From: a virus
Taxonomy: Duplodnaviria > Caudoviricetes
Reading direction: 5' to 3' (one strand)
IMG/VR virus record: IMGVR_UViG_3300020576_006124
Location: 32,001 to 96,000 of that record
Length of the DNA stretch: 64,000 bases
In this document: positions 35,756 to 45,594 of the stretch, piece after piece
Position numbering within the stretch: the stretch's first letter is position 1
How the letters are laid out: each line of letters opens with the position of its first letter
Notes under the pieces: generated by a model
What the model saw: the letters and a program-made list of their open reading frames with translations, nothing else
Database searches by the model: none
What the model was told of the DNA's origin: nothing
Translations under genes and position numbers: made by a program

Positions 35756-36021
35756 ACGGATCTTTTTATACTTGTAAGAACTGTGGAAGTAATAAGGTTA
35801 ACTGTCACTTTCACATAGAAAAGGGAGGAAGTATTCTAAAGAATACGGGCTACAGACCTTTAATGTTCGAATCTAGGCTTAAGGCCTTGAACTACGCTAT
35901 ATTGAATAATATTTATCCCCCTATAGATATCTATGCTACTTCTTCCTGTGAGGTCTGCCAACACCCCAATCAAATCTACACACTCCATTCGGGATTTAGA
36001 CAGACCTTTAACAGTTATTAA
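35752..36021 (+). CDS. Small Zn-finger protein
   Basis: CKNC...CEVC. Confidence 0.55.
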   Translation: MNGSFYTCKNCGSNKVNCHFHIEKGGSILKNTGYRPLMFESRLKALNYAILNNIYPPIDIYATSSCEVCQHPNQIYTLHSGFRQTFNSY

Positions 36022-38124
36022 ATGAAAATCTTAAATGTAAATGATCTAAATAGTAAATTTTTGGGTAAGACTTTATTCTTAGAAACTCAGGAAGAACTAG
36101 ATAAGTTTTTCATAAAAGCTAAGAAAGAGTCTAAGCATACTTTTATTGATCTAGAAACTAACTCTCTTAACTGTAGGAGTGGGGATATACTACTCAACTC
36201 CTTATCTCTTAGAAAAGGTTGGGCTGTTGTTTTTAACCCAAATAAGTTCAAAAGCCTTAATTCTTTTAAAGATTATCTTCATAGACTGATGGTTTCCAAC
36301 CAGTCTATGTCATTTGATCTCCCCTGGCTATATCACCATTATGAGGTAGAACCTAAACTTACATGGTGTACAGAAATTGCAGCCCAGTATGGCTGGGGGG
36401 AATTACTCCCTTATAAATCCTTAGACTATCAGTGTCAGATGTTTCTAAATACTAAACTGGATAAAATGGTAAGAGACCAGTTTATTGGAAGGGATCCAGA
36501 AGAAGACCCTACAGATGATGAGATAGCTTATGCTGCTGCAGACACTATTGTTCTCCACGATCTAACTAGGATACAGTGGAATAGAATTAAAAACATAAAT
36601 CAACAAGATTTCTTCCTAAAATATGAAATCCCTTGCTTGGAGATTCTTACTAAAAGCTCTTATTTAGGGTATCCAATTAATGTTGATTATTTAAAGGACT
36701 CTTTATTAGAAGTAGAAGGCCAATTAGCTTCTATAAAAAATAAGTTCACTGAACTAAACAGGAGTCTGCAGCAGAAGTTAGAACCAGAACTAGATATTGA
36801 TTTCACTGTCAATCCCAGAGCTAGAGAGCAAATCATTAAACTTCTCGAACTTACTGGCATAAGAACTAATTCTATTAAAGAAGAAGTTATAGAAGACTTA
36901 TTTAATAAGAACCCTGATAACCCAGTTCTTTCTTTATATAAAGGGGAATATGCTAAGAGTAAAGCTTATTACGAAAAATACTTAAAGCCTTACTCAGCCT
37001 TTGCCTCCTCAGACTCAGAATCTAGAATACATCCATCTATTAGAACCTGTATTAATACAGGAAGAATGGCATCCAAGGATCCAAACATTATGGCTACTCC
37101 TGCTACTGGGAGATCATTAGTAAGGGCTGAGGAAGGATGCTACATAGTCTCTTGCGACTTCTCCTCTTATGAGTTTAGGGCTTGCGCTGCGGATTCAGAT
37201 GAAGAGGTTTTATTAGAAGCTTTTAAAACCAGAAAAGGTTTACTTCCGGAGATCACCTCTTTAGCCTCAAAATTTGTTGAAAGTAATGGAGTTCCTTTTA
37301 AGGATCCAGATAAGTTTACTAAAACTTACTTTGAAAAAAGACCAGATACAATAGTTCTTACAGAAAAAGAAAGATCCTTATTAGAGATTTTCTACTGCAA
37401 TGACATACATAGGCTTAATGCATCTCGCATGTGGAAGATATCTCCATTAGATGTAACATCGGCTCAGAGAACTATTGCTAAAATGTTAGGCTATGCTGTA
37501 CTTTATAGTATTACAGCAGAAAGTCTACAAATTCAGCTAAGAGGAGAAGGATTGAATTTTTCCATTGAGGAGGTAAAGGAATTTATGGGTCTTTTTACAG
37601 AGGCCTATCCTAAAATCGCTCTATCAATAAAAGATAATAATACAAAGATATCTCTTCCAAAATTCAAATCTTCTATTAGAGAAGAGTACTGGCAAGAAAC
37701 TTTACTCGGTAGAAAGAGATGGTTTTTATTCCCTAAAAATAAGAAATCAGATTACTACAGGGAAGTACTTTCTGCGAACCAGAGAGAGTCTTATAATCAT
37801 AAATTCCAAGGGAACAATGCTGATGCATTAAAGATAGCCTTACCAGAACTGGATACATTCTTCAGGAGTCTTAACAAGACAAGTGAATACGCAAGTCCAT
37901 ATTCTGAGCAGGAATATATAAGATTTGTTAGACAAAATAACTATCAAGTATCCAGGGTCTTTTGGCCTGTACACGATGAGATTAACTCAAACGTAGAAGA
38001 TAGACACTTAGATATAGTTATAAAGGAAAAACCTCTTATACTTGAAAGAGCAGGAGAAATAGCCACAGGGTATAAAGTACCAATGGAAATAGCTGTATCA
38101 TACGATAGGGTTTGGCCTAAGTAA
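36022..38124 (+). CDS. polA: DNA polymerase family A with 3'-5' exonuclease
   Basis: FIDLET, SFDL, YAAAD; NTGRMASKDPN; motif A CDFSSYEFR; motif B RTIAKMLGYAVLY; motif C VHDEI. Confidence 0.95.
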   Translation: MKILNVNDLNSKFLGKTLFLETQEELDKFFIKAKKESKHTFIDLETNSLNCRSGDILLNSLSLRKGWAVVFNPNKFKSLNSFKDYLHRLMVSNQSMSFDLPWLYHHYEVEPKLTWCTEIAAQYGWGELLPYKSLDYQCQMFLNTKLDKMVRDQFIGRDPEEDPTDDEIAYAAADTIVLHDLTRIQWNRIKNINQQDFFLKYEIPCLEILTKSSYLGYPINVDYLKDSLLEVEGQLASIKNKFTELNRSLQQKLEPELDIDFTVNPRAREQIIKLLELTGIRTNSIKEEVIEDLFNKNPDNPVLSLYKGEYAKSKAYYEKYLKPYSAFASSDSESRIHPSIRTCINTGRMASKDPNIMATPATGRSLVRAEEGCYIVSCDFSSYEFRACAADSDEEVLLEAFKTRKGLLPEITSLASKFVESNGVPFKDPDKFTKTYFEKRPDTIVLTEKERSLLEIFYCNDIHRLNASRMWKISPLDVTSAQRTIAKMLGYAVLYSITAESLQIQLRGEGLNFSIEEVKEFMGLFTEAYPKIALSIKDNNTKISLPKFKSSIREEYWQETLLGRKRWFLFPKNKKSDYYREVLSANQRESYNHKFQGNNADALKIALPELDTFFRSLNKTSEYASPYSEQEYIRFVRQNNYQVSRVFWPVHDEINSNVEDRHLDIVIKEKPLILERAGEIATGYKVPMEIAVSYDRVWPK

Positions 38125-38128
38125 AAAA

Positions 38129-38329
38129 ATGAGTAAATTAGTAAGAAAAATAACTAATGGGTTTGTAGTACAAGTTTTTAATGAGGAGACTCGAAAAATA
38201 GTAGACCAAGAGTTTATATCTTGTGACGAGTACGAGATAACTACCTTAGATGGGGAAGTTTTAGATAGTGCTTCATATGAAGATCTTTATCATCCTTTCA
38301 ATCTAGAAGAGATACCACATAATGACTGA
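38129..38329 (+). CDS. Small hypothetical protein
   Basis: 66-aa ORF. Confidence 0.55.
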   Translation: MSKLVRKITNGFVVQVFNEETRKIVDQEFISCDEYEITTLDGEVLDSASYEDLYHPFNLEEIPHND

Positions 38330-39479
38330 ACTTGAAAGAATTATACAAAAAGTAAATAAAGATAGGGACAAGCAGGGGAAAGATCCCCTAGTTATTCAAG
38401 CCAAAAAGCTTGAGCCTGTCTTCAAGATAGGAACTGGTATTGAACAGGTAGATGAAGCTTTAGGGGGAGGAATTTCAAGAGGTATCAGCACAGCTATTTG
38501 GGGTCCTCCTAATTGCGGTAAAACTTCCCTCTGTCTAACACTAGCCCGAGGAGTTATTAACTCCGGAGGTACAGTAGTATGGGTAGATACAGAAAATCTA
38601 AAACCAGAGGCTTTAGAAGCTTTCAGAGTAAATATTGACTCCCCTAACTTCTTTATTATAAGAAATAATGATTCTGCAGAGGAGATGATAGATACTGTCA
38701 ACACTATGCTATTCGATGAGGGCACTTCTAAGCATAGGGGGCTAGTTGACTTAATTATTATTGACTCTATTACTAATCTCCCCCCAGATGCTGAGAACAC
38801 TGCATTAGAAAAGACCGGACTTGCTGGGAGTGCCCAGTTAGCTAGATTACCTGCTATGTTAGCTAGATGGACAACTCAAGTAACTGGTAGAAACATGTTA
38901 GGTTATGGAGAAAAAGCTACAGCTCTTGTTTTAATTGCACAGCAAAGAGCTAATGTAGGAGACCAATACAATCCTACTCATATGTCGGGGGGACATGCCG
39001 TAAAGCACAACCCTAAAGTAATAGCTAAAGTAACTAGGGCCGGAAATACTTCTAAAAAAGATCCTAAAACCCAGCAGCTTATTCCCTATAGCCATGATGT
39101 TATTTTTGAAGTTACCAAGAATACCTCTGGAGGTATGCCTACCAAAATAAGGTATACTGTAATATACGGTGTAGGTGTGGATGATACTCCTTCTATTTAT
39201 AAGAAGGCCCTAGACAAAGGCTATATACAAAAACATCCGAAGTCAACTTTCTTCTACCTTACTTCATCTGGTGTATACAAGTTTGTTGGAAAACAGGCAG
39301 ATTCTATGGAGATACTTAATCATATTCCAGAGATTAAAGACTCTTTAAGAAATGATATTAAAGGCCCTAGAGTAACTGAGTTATTTAATCCAGATGAGTC
39401 AGAAGTAGAAATTAAGACAATTTCTTTTGAGGTTCAGGCTTCAACAGATTCTGAGGATCCTGATCAAATAGAAAACTAA
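38322..39479 (+). CDS. recA: RecA/UvsX-like recombinase
   Basis: TGIEQVDEALGGG, WGPPNCGKTS, WVDTE, IIIDSI, QQR, SGGHAVKH, VTKN. Confidence 0.9.
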   Translation: MTELERIIQKVNKDRDKQGKDPLVIQAKKLEPVFKIGTGIEQVDEALGGGISRGISTAIWGPPNCGKTSLCLTLARGVINSGGTVVWVDTENLKPEALEAFRVNIDSPNFFIIRNNDSAEEMIDTVNTMLFDEGTSKHRGLVDLIIIDSITNLPPDAENTALEKTGLAGSAQLARLPAMLARWTTQVTGRNMLGYGEKATALVLIAQQRANVGDQYNPTHMSGGHAVKHNPKVIAKVTRAGNTSKKDPKTQQLIPYSHDVIFEVTKNTSGGMPTKIRYTVIYGVGVDDTPSIYKKALDKGYIQKHPKSTFFYLTSSGVYKFVGKQADSMEILNHIPEIKDSLRNDIKGPRVTELFNPDESEVEIKTISFEVQASTDSEDPDQIEN

Positions 39480-39483
39480 AACT

Positions 39484-39924
39484 ATGAGTAACATTAATAC
39501 TATTGTCGTTTCCGGGTACGTTAACCGATCTTCGTCCCGAGCAATTAGTGACACACTACGAGTCCTAAACTTTACACTGTCCGTTCCTGGAGCTGGTCCT
39601 AAGGATCCAACTACGAACAAGAGAACTTATGGGTACTTTGACGTAACTCACTTCAACGCTCCTGATTGGATGGAGGCAGCGATCCTGAGCGCTCCAGACA
39701 CTAAAGGGTCTAAGGTCTATGTTCAAGGAACTCTTCAGATGGAAAGTTGGGTTGATAAGGATACTCAGAAGAATATGTACAAGACAGTCATTATTTCTAA
39801 TGATATTGACGTATCAGCTACAAAGGACTCAGTTCCGAGTAGTGAGGAGTCATCTTCTAGCAGCACTCAGCCCGTTCAGTCTTCTCCTTCTCTAACAGAT
39901 GAAGTTGCGGCCCTACTAGGCTAA
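39484..39924 (+). CDS. ssb: Single-stranded DNA-binding protein
   Basis: INTIVVSG, KGSKVYVQGTLQMESWVDKD, low-complexity tail. Confidence 0.9.
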   Translation: MSNINTIVVSGYVNRSSSRAISDTLRVLNFTLSVPGAGPKDPTTNKRTYGYFDVTHFNAPDWMEAAILSAPDTKGSKVYVQGTLQMESWVDKDTQKNMYKTVIISNDIDVSATKDSVPSSEESSSSSTQPVQSSPSLTDEVAALLG

Positions 39925-39939
39925 AAAATAAAAGAGTTA

Positions 39940-39962
39940 CCCAGATCTCATAAAAATCTGGG
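39940..39962 (+). terminator. Hairpin after ssb
   Basis: cccagat-ctcataaaa-atctggg. Confidence 0.4.
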
Positions 39963-39983
39963 ATATATAAACATTTAAACAAT

Positions 39984-40217
39984 ATGGAAAAAGTAACCTT
40001 AGTTGGATTATTAACATACTCAGGTCCCGGGGGAGATCCTGTCTTTACAGGTTTCCTTAAAGATGAAATAGGGATTGTGCCTTGTGTAGATTGCTCCTAC
40101 GATGAAATCGTTTCGACTTATTCTGAACTGATGCCACTTATCCCCCAATATTCCTTCTCTTTAGAACATGTGTTTTGTGAAAGCTCAGCACAGCTTGTTA
40201 GAGAGGCTCAGAAGTAA
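39984..40217 (+). CDS. Hypothetical protein
   Basis: 77-aa ORF. Confidence 0.5.
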   Translation: MEKVTLVGLLTYSGPGGDPVFTGFLKDEIGIVPCVDCSYDEIVSTYSELMPLIPQYSFSLEHVFCESSAQLVREAQK

Positions 40218-40220
40218 AAG

Positions 40221-40889
40221 ATGATGTCCCGAGATGAAATTATACACCAGAGGCTCTTAGCTCCTTTTCCAGTAACGGCATTGGACTTTAAGCCTCTGGA
40301 CGGGACTATGAGGGATGGAAAGGCAAAACCTTATTGCTATCCTGATATCAGAGCAGTAACCGACAGACTTGTAAAGAGTATTGGGGTTAATGACTTCAAG
40401 ATCTCCACAGATTTTCACCATATTAGCCCCTTTCTCTATGAGAAAGTAGATAAACATAATAAAGAGGCTAAGCTTGTCGTGGAGACTCATTTTAAAGCCT
40501 GTATAGGTGTTACAATTGGTATTAGAATAGGAGAGGACAACTGGGTCACTCGGTCTAACGTTGGTGAAGCAGAGAAGAGGGCCGAAGCTATGACTACAGC
40601 ATACTCTCAAGCCTTTAAAAGAGCAGCTGTTTTGTTTGGATTAGGAAGATATTTATATGATATGGATTTGCCTCTTTACCCTTATAATCGAGGATTCGAT
40701 ACGAATAAAATCTTTCAGAGCCCTGAATTCGATGCTGCGGTAAAGAAAGCGTTAGAAGCTTCAGGCTTTGAATTCAAATGCGAAGAGACCGGACAAAAGG
40801 TTGATTGGAAAACCGCATCACTTACAGTAGCTAAACTTGGCAGAGTCCTTTCTATAGATGCTGTTAAGAAAATTACAGGAGCAGTATAA
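40221..40889 (+). CDS. Rad52/Sak-like single-strand annealing protein
   Basis: LLAPFP, YPDIRAVTDRL, AYSQAFKRAAVLFGLGRYLYD. Confidence 0.88.
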   Translation: MMSRDEIIHQRLLAPFPVTALDFKPLDGTMRDGKAKPYCYPDIRAVTDRLVKSIGVNDFKISTDFHHISPFLYEKVDKHNKEAKLVVETHFKACIGVTIGIRIGEDNWVTRSNVGEAEKRAEAMTTAYSQAFKRAAVLFGLGRYLYDMDLPLYPYNRGFDTNKIFQSPEFDAAVKKALEASGFEFKCEETGQKVDWKTASLTVAKLGRVLSIDAVKKITGAV

Positions 40890-41380
40890 TGGAGAAAACA
40901 GAAAGTTTAATGCCTCCTCCCTGGAAGGAACATTCTTTAATAAACCATAAGTTAGAGGTAGATATGGAGTGTCCAGAGGCCCTTAGGCCCTGGCAGCCAG
41001 ATACAGCATCATCTGGATTAGATCTGAGATCCTCTATAGATTTTACCTTAGAGCCGGGTAAAAGAAGCTTAATTCCTGTGGGGGTTAAAACTCGATTTAT
41101 TCCAGGCTATGAGGTTCAGATTAGGCCTAGATCCGGATTGGCCCTAAAGCACGGAATAACAGTATTGAATACACCAGGGACAATAGACAGTGGCTACTGT
41201 AATGAGTGGGGTGTAATACTGTTTAATACCTCTGATGAACCCTTCAAAATCAAAAAAGGAGAAAGAATTGCTCAGGCAGTGTTTTGCCCTATCTGCTTTC
41301 CCCAAATTACTTATGTAGAAAAGATTGAAGCAACTACGGAGAGAGGTTTAAAAGGATTTGGAAGTTCCGGAATAAGTTAG
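40889..41380 (+). CDS. dut: Trimeric dUTPase
   Basis: SGLDL, RPRSGLA, PGTIDSGY, GERIAQ, RGLKGFGSSG. Confidence 0.95.
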   Translation: MEKTESLMPPPWKEHSLINHKLEVDMECPEALRPWQPDTASSGLDLRSSIDFTLEPGKRSLIPVGVKTRFIPGYEVQIRPRSGLALKHGITVLNTPGTIDSGYCNEWGVILFNTSDEPFKIKKGERIAQAVFCPICFPQITYVEKIEATTERGLKGFGSSGIS

Positions 41381-41384
41381 AGAA

Positions 41385-41612
41385 ATGATAAAAAAAACTA
41401 CTGTATCCTTTTATGATATTTATGATTTAGGGCTTTCAGAGGAAAGTTTTGACGAAGTTCAAGATAGTGATTTTTGCTTCGGAACCAACTTAATAACGCT
41501 AGTTTATGCAGTAGAATTAGCAGATGTTATTTCTGAAACAAATCAAGTACTAAACAAGATTATTTTAGATGATCCATATGCCCTGATTGCTTTGGAGGAT
41601 AAAACAGTCTAA
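41385..41612 (+). CDS. Small acidic hypothetical protein
   Basis: 75-aa ORF. Confidence 0.5.
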   Translation: MIKKTTVSFYDIYDLGLSEESFDEVQDSDFCFGTNLITLVYAVELADVISETNQVLNKIILDDPYALIALEDKTV

Positions 41613-41627
41613 AGGCCCTTAAAAAAA

Positions 41628-41930
41628 ATGATAGTTAAAGCAACAAATATTTACGGTTTTACTTCTGAGAAGTTTGTACGAAGTGAAAAACAATTAACCC
41701 TAAGAGAGTGGTTTGGTTTAGGTAAAGAACTTTTACCTGGCATGAGGTTCTCTTTAAAGGGAGAGAGTAGTAACGAAACTTTTTATTTAGGAGATGCTAC
41801 TCCCTACCATCAACCCTCTGATAATGATGGGGGATTTGGTTGGGATATGGATCACCCTAGAATGTCTATGCTAATATCAGAGGTACATATGCCGTGCTTT
41901 ACGTCCAGACCTGACCTCAATGAAGGATAG
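41628..41930 (+). CDS. Hypothetical protein
   Basis: 100-aa ORF. Confidence 0.55.
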   Translation: MIVKATNIYGFTSEKFVRSEKQLTLREWFGLGKELLPGMRFSLKGESSNETFYLGDATPYHQPSDNDGGFGWDMDHPRMSMLISEVHMPCFTSRPDLNEG

Positions 41931-41934
41931 AATA

Positions 41935-42345
41935 ATGACTACACAAGATCTTATAACAGCCCTCCTTCATGAGGGCTTTAGTCAAGATAGGCTAAATCAT
42001 GGAACCTAGAGATTTTACAAATGCGGAGAAGAAATTGGTTTTTCTATCTTTTGCACATTTTTAATTGAAGACGGTAAGATAATTGAAAGACTTGATGGAT
42101 ATATTCATTATCTTCGTAATGCGGAAGAAGAAAAAACTACAGGAAGCCTCCAACATATTTGGTCTTGGTATCGTAAGGCAGTAGAATTTCACAAGCCCCC
42201 TTATAAAAATTTTGAAGTTACATTTAAACTTAGAACATATTTACGAACATATTCTGAGGAAACTGACTTGGACACAATTTCTCTCGACTATACCCAATCA
42301 GGTGCTTTAGAAATAACCTATTATAAAATAACTGAATTAAAATGA
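41935..42345 (+). pseudogene. 137-codon gene interrupted by one in-frame TAG (42007-42009)
   Basis: ATG 41935 MTTQDL...HGT*RFYKCGEE...ITELK TGA; the final stop overlaps the next ATG (ATGA). Confidence 0.7.
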
Positions 42346-42590
42346 AAAACCAAATATTTACACTAAGAGGAGTACTTGAAGATCCTCTAGACTCTTTCTT
42401 TACAGGAGTTCTTTCTATTGAGGGTGATAAGGACGAAACCTTTGTAGGTGTTCCTCTTGAGGAGATCCTTTTCTATAATGCTAAATATGAGGAAGGGTCT
42501 AACTTTACTTTAAATTTTATTCATGATGAGGAAACTGCAAAAAAAGCTGAGCAAGATTTGGAAGATCAGCACCCAGGCCCTTCTCTATAA
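42342..42590 (+). CDS. Small acidic hypothetical protein
   Basis: 82-aa ORF. Confidence 0.55.
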   Translation: MKNQIFTLRGVLEDPLDSFFTGVLSIEGDKDETFVGVPLEEILFYNAKYEEGSNFTLNFIHDEETAKKAEQDLEDQHPGPSL

Positions 42591-42601
42591 ATATTCCTAA
42601 T

Positions 42602-44833
42602 ATGTCAACTATACCAAAAGAACTTATGCAAGTTACTAAAAGAGACGGGTCAAAAGAGGCTCTGGATTATGATAAGATAAACAAGATTTTATCCTGGGCT
42701 ACCGAAGGGGTAAAAGAGGTTAGTATTACTGATATTATTATAAAGGCTGAGTTAAGCATAACTAATAATATCAAGACTAAGGACATCCATAAAGTCCTTA
42801 TTCAGGCGGCAGTTAATTGTATGAGTCTGGAAACTCCTAACTACCAGTATGTCGCTTCACGTCTTCTCAATTTCCAGATTAGAAAAGAGGTTTGGGGGGG
42901 AGTAGAAGCTCCTAAGTTAAAGGAAATCATTCTCTCCAATATTAGTAAGAAAGTTTATGATAAAGACATACTAAATCAGTACTCTGAAGAAGAAGTTGAA
43001 CAATTAGACTCCTATATCAATCATCAAAGAGATTTTATTTTTTCTTATGCGGGCCTAAAGCAAATGTGTGACAAGTATCTAATTCAAGATAGAACTAAAA
43101 AGATACTTTTTGAAACCCCCCAATTTGCTTATATGATTATTCCCATGGTTATCTTCAATAGATATCCTAAGGAGGTCAGACTAGACTGGATTAAGAGAGC
43201 TTATGATCAATTCAGCCTTCACAAATTGAACCTACCTACACCACAATTGGCTGGGATTAGAACTCCCTTAAGAGCATATAGTAGCTGCTGTCTAATTGAG
43301 ATGGGAGATACTATGGGCAGTATTCTTTCTACCAATTTTGCTATTGGAGCAGCAACATCTCAGAGATACGGAATTGGGGTTAACATCTCAGGAGTTAGAG
43401 CTATTGGCAGTAAAGTTAAAGGCGGAGAGGTTGTTCATACAGGATTAATACCTATTCTAAAGATAGTAGAAGCTAATACTAAAGCATTCCAACAGAATGG
43501 AATCAGAGGTGGAGGTGCCACTGTAACTTTCCCATATTGGCATCACGAAGTTCTAGATGTTCTCTCTTTAAAGAATAATGGTGGGACAGAAGAGAATAGA
43601 GTAAGAAAACTGGATTATAGTATTGCTGTTGATAGGCTATTATTAGAGAGATTTAGAGAGAATAAACTAATTACTCTTTTCAGTCCCCATCAAGTCCCAG
43701 ACCTCTACGAAGCTTTTGGAACACCTAAATTCCAAGAACTATACGAGAAGTATGAGAAAGACCCAAGTGTTATTAAGAAAACAGTTTCAGCCCTAGAATT
43801 AATGGGGGCTCTTGTTAAAGAGAGAACTGAGACGGGGAGGATCTACGTGTTCTTCATTGATCTTTATAACCATCATTGCTCTTGGGGAGAGACAGTTCAA
43901 ATGTTAAACCTATGCCAGGAGGTTGGTACTCCTACAGTACCTCTTCAATCTACCGACGACCCAGATGCAGAAATAGGGATATGCACTCTGGGAGCCATTA
44001 ACTGGTTAGCAGTAGATTCAGAACAGGATATCAAAGAGTCTTGTGAACTTGCTGTCAGATTCCTTGATGAGTTATTAGACCATCAAGAATACTTTCTTCC
44101 TGCAGCCGAAAACTTTGCATTGAAAAGAAGAAGTTTGGCTGTAGGTATTAACAACTTTGCAGCCTGGACAGCTAAGAAAGGATTTAGAGAATGGGGATCA
44201 CCGGATCACTTAAAAGCGGTAGATACAAAAATGGAACTACAACAGTACTATCTACTTCAAGCATCCCTCCAGCTAGCTAAAGAAAAAGGTCCTTGCACTA
44301 AATTCTCTAATACTAAGTACGCTAAAGGAATTTTACCTATAGACACTTATAAGAAAGATCTAGACTCCATTTGCGAATTACAATTAAGTAAAGATTGGGA
44401 TTCTTTACGAAGTGAGATAGTTTCTCATGGATTAAGACATAGTACCCTTAGCGGCCAGATGCCCGTTGAATCTTGTCTAAGCTTAGATACAAAGATTCAA
44501 ACTCCCTCTGGGTTGCAGACGTTCAGAAAACTACTAGAGGACTCAGGTCTTAATTCGGATAGGGTAATAGACGAGGACTTACAGGGCTGGCATGAACTTG
44601 ACCTACCTCTTGACTTATGTACGAGATTTGGGAATAAGCAATCCCCCAGAGTCTATTATAATGGAATCTCCTCAACCACTTTGATAGAAATGGAAGATGG
44701 TACTCAAATTAAAGCCACTGGGGAGCATAAGTTCTTAGTAAGAACTGAGTCAGGGGATGAAAGTTGGAAAAAAGTATATGAACTTTCTGAGGAAGATGAT
44801 ATTATCACTTCAGAATTTTATTTTCAAGAATAA
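42602..44833 (+). CDS. nrdA: Class Ia ribonucleotide reductase alpha subunit, N-terminal part fused to split-intein IntN
   Basis: ATP cone VTKRDGSKE, PTP, SSCCL, NLCQE, GLRHSTLSGQMPVES followed by CLSLDT. Confidence 0.95.
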   Translation: MSTIPKELMQVTKRDGSKEALDYDKINKILSWATEGVKEVSITDIIIKAELSITNNIKTKDIHKVLIQAAVNCMSLETPNYQYVASRLLNFQIRKEVWGGVEAPKLKEIILSNISKKVYDKDILNQYSEEEVEQLDSYINHQRDFIFSYAGLKQMCDKYLIQDRTKKILFETPQFAYMIIPMVIFNRYPKEVRLDWIKRAYDQFSLHKLNLPTPQLAGIRTPLRAYSSCCLIEMGDTMGSILSTNFAIGAATSQRYGIGVNISGVRAIGSKVKGGEVVHTGLIPILKIVEANTKAFQQNGIRGGGATVTFPYWHHEVLDVLSLKNNGGTEENRVRKLDYSIAVDRLLLERFRENKLITLFSPHQVPDLYEAFGTPKFQELYEKYEKDPSVIKKTVSALELMGALVKERTETGRIYVFFIDLYNHHCSWGETVQMLNLCQEVGTPTVPLQSTDDPDAEIGICTLGAINWLAVDSEQDIKESCELAVRFLDELLDHQEYFLPAAENFALKRRSLAVGINNFAAWTAKKGFREWGSPDHLKAVDTKMELQQYYLLQASLQLAKEKGPCTKFSNTKYAKGILPIDTYKKDLDSICELQLSKDWDSLRSEIVSHGLRHSTLSGQMPVESCLSLDTKIQTPSGLQTFRKLLEDSGLNSDRVIDEDLQGWHELDLPLDLCTRFGNKQSPRVYYNGISSTTLIEMEDGTQIKATGEHKFLVRTESGDESWKKVYELSEEDDIITSEFYFQE
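44474..44830 (+). mobile_element. Split intein N-fragment (119 aa)
   Basis: Block A CLSLDTKI, block B ATGEHKFL, WKKVYELSEEDDI, then stop. Confidence 0.9.
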
Positions 44834-44843
44834 TTAAGAAGTA

Positions 44844-45497
44844 ATGCCTCTATAAGCATTTTCTAAAAAATTTGGACCAGAGAGGGCTGAAGAGGAGTTA
44901 CGAAAATGGAAGAAAGAGTCTTCGAGATTATCTAAATTACATTGGATAAAAAAGGGATTAGCAGAAGAGGGAGCTAATCTAAAAGTTTCTGTGATTCAGA
45001 GAAAAAATTCGGGAGTACATCCCTGTTACTATGAGGACAAAGGCCTTACTGACGATGAAATTAGCTTTATTCTTAAAGAGATTAATAAAAAGAAATCTAA
45101 TCATAGGAGGAACAGAAAGTACCTTAGGGAGTCTGGTATTGAAAATTGGGAAGAGATTTATCTAGAATCTCAGAAAAGACATAGAGACACTATGGAAAGC
45201 CTGGGAAGATGGATTGTCAGATCGGAGTATGATTCTTTTGGAAAATATAGATCTCTAGTCTCTTTTTATACTAGGCAGTCTTTAGAGAAAAAAGATCTTC
45301 TCAATCTTAACTCAAAAGAACTACATATTGATCACAGGTTTTCTGTCAAGTCTGGATTTCTAAATCAAGTATCCCCAGAAGTTATAGGTAGCATAGTAGA
45401 TTTATGTTTTCTCCCTGCTAAACTTAATTCCGCTAAGGAAGCTAAGAGCAGTATAACGCCAGAAGAACTAAACGAGTTGTATAAAAATGAAAATTAA
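44844..45497 (+). pseudogene. Free-standing HNH-like endonuclease with a stop at codon 4 (longest remaining ORF 44991..45497)
   Basis: ATG CCT CTA TAA then an open frame AFSKKFGPERAEEE...; LHIDHRFSV...DLCFLPAKLNSAK. Confidence 0.65.
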
Positions 45498-45594
45498 AAA
45501 AATCACCCATAACTATTCAATCGAACCAACTTTCGACTTAGAAGTACCAGGAGTCCACGAATTTCTCTTAGAGGGTAATTTAGTCACCCATAAT
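45487..45594 (+). mobile_element. Split intein C-fragment (36 aa)
   Basis: Block F PTFDLEVPGVHEF, block G VTHN, +1 Ser. Confidence 0.9.

Noticed and set aside
44834-45486. Group I intron rejoining the nrdA halves at RNA level
   Set aside because: The interval is almost entirely the endonuclease frame, I saw no intron core elements, and IntC has its own ATG with typical split-intein charge asymmetry. Not formally excluded without RT-PCR.
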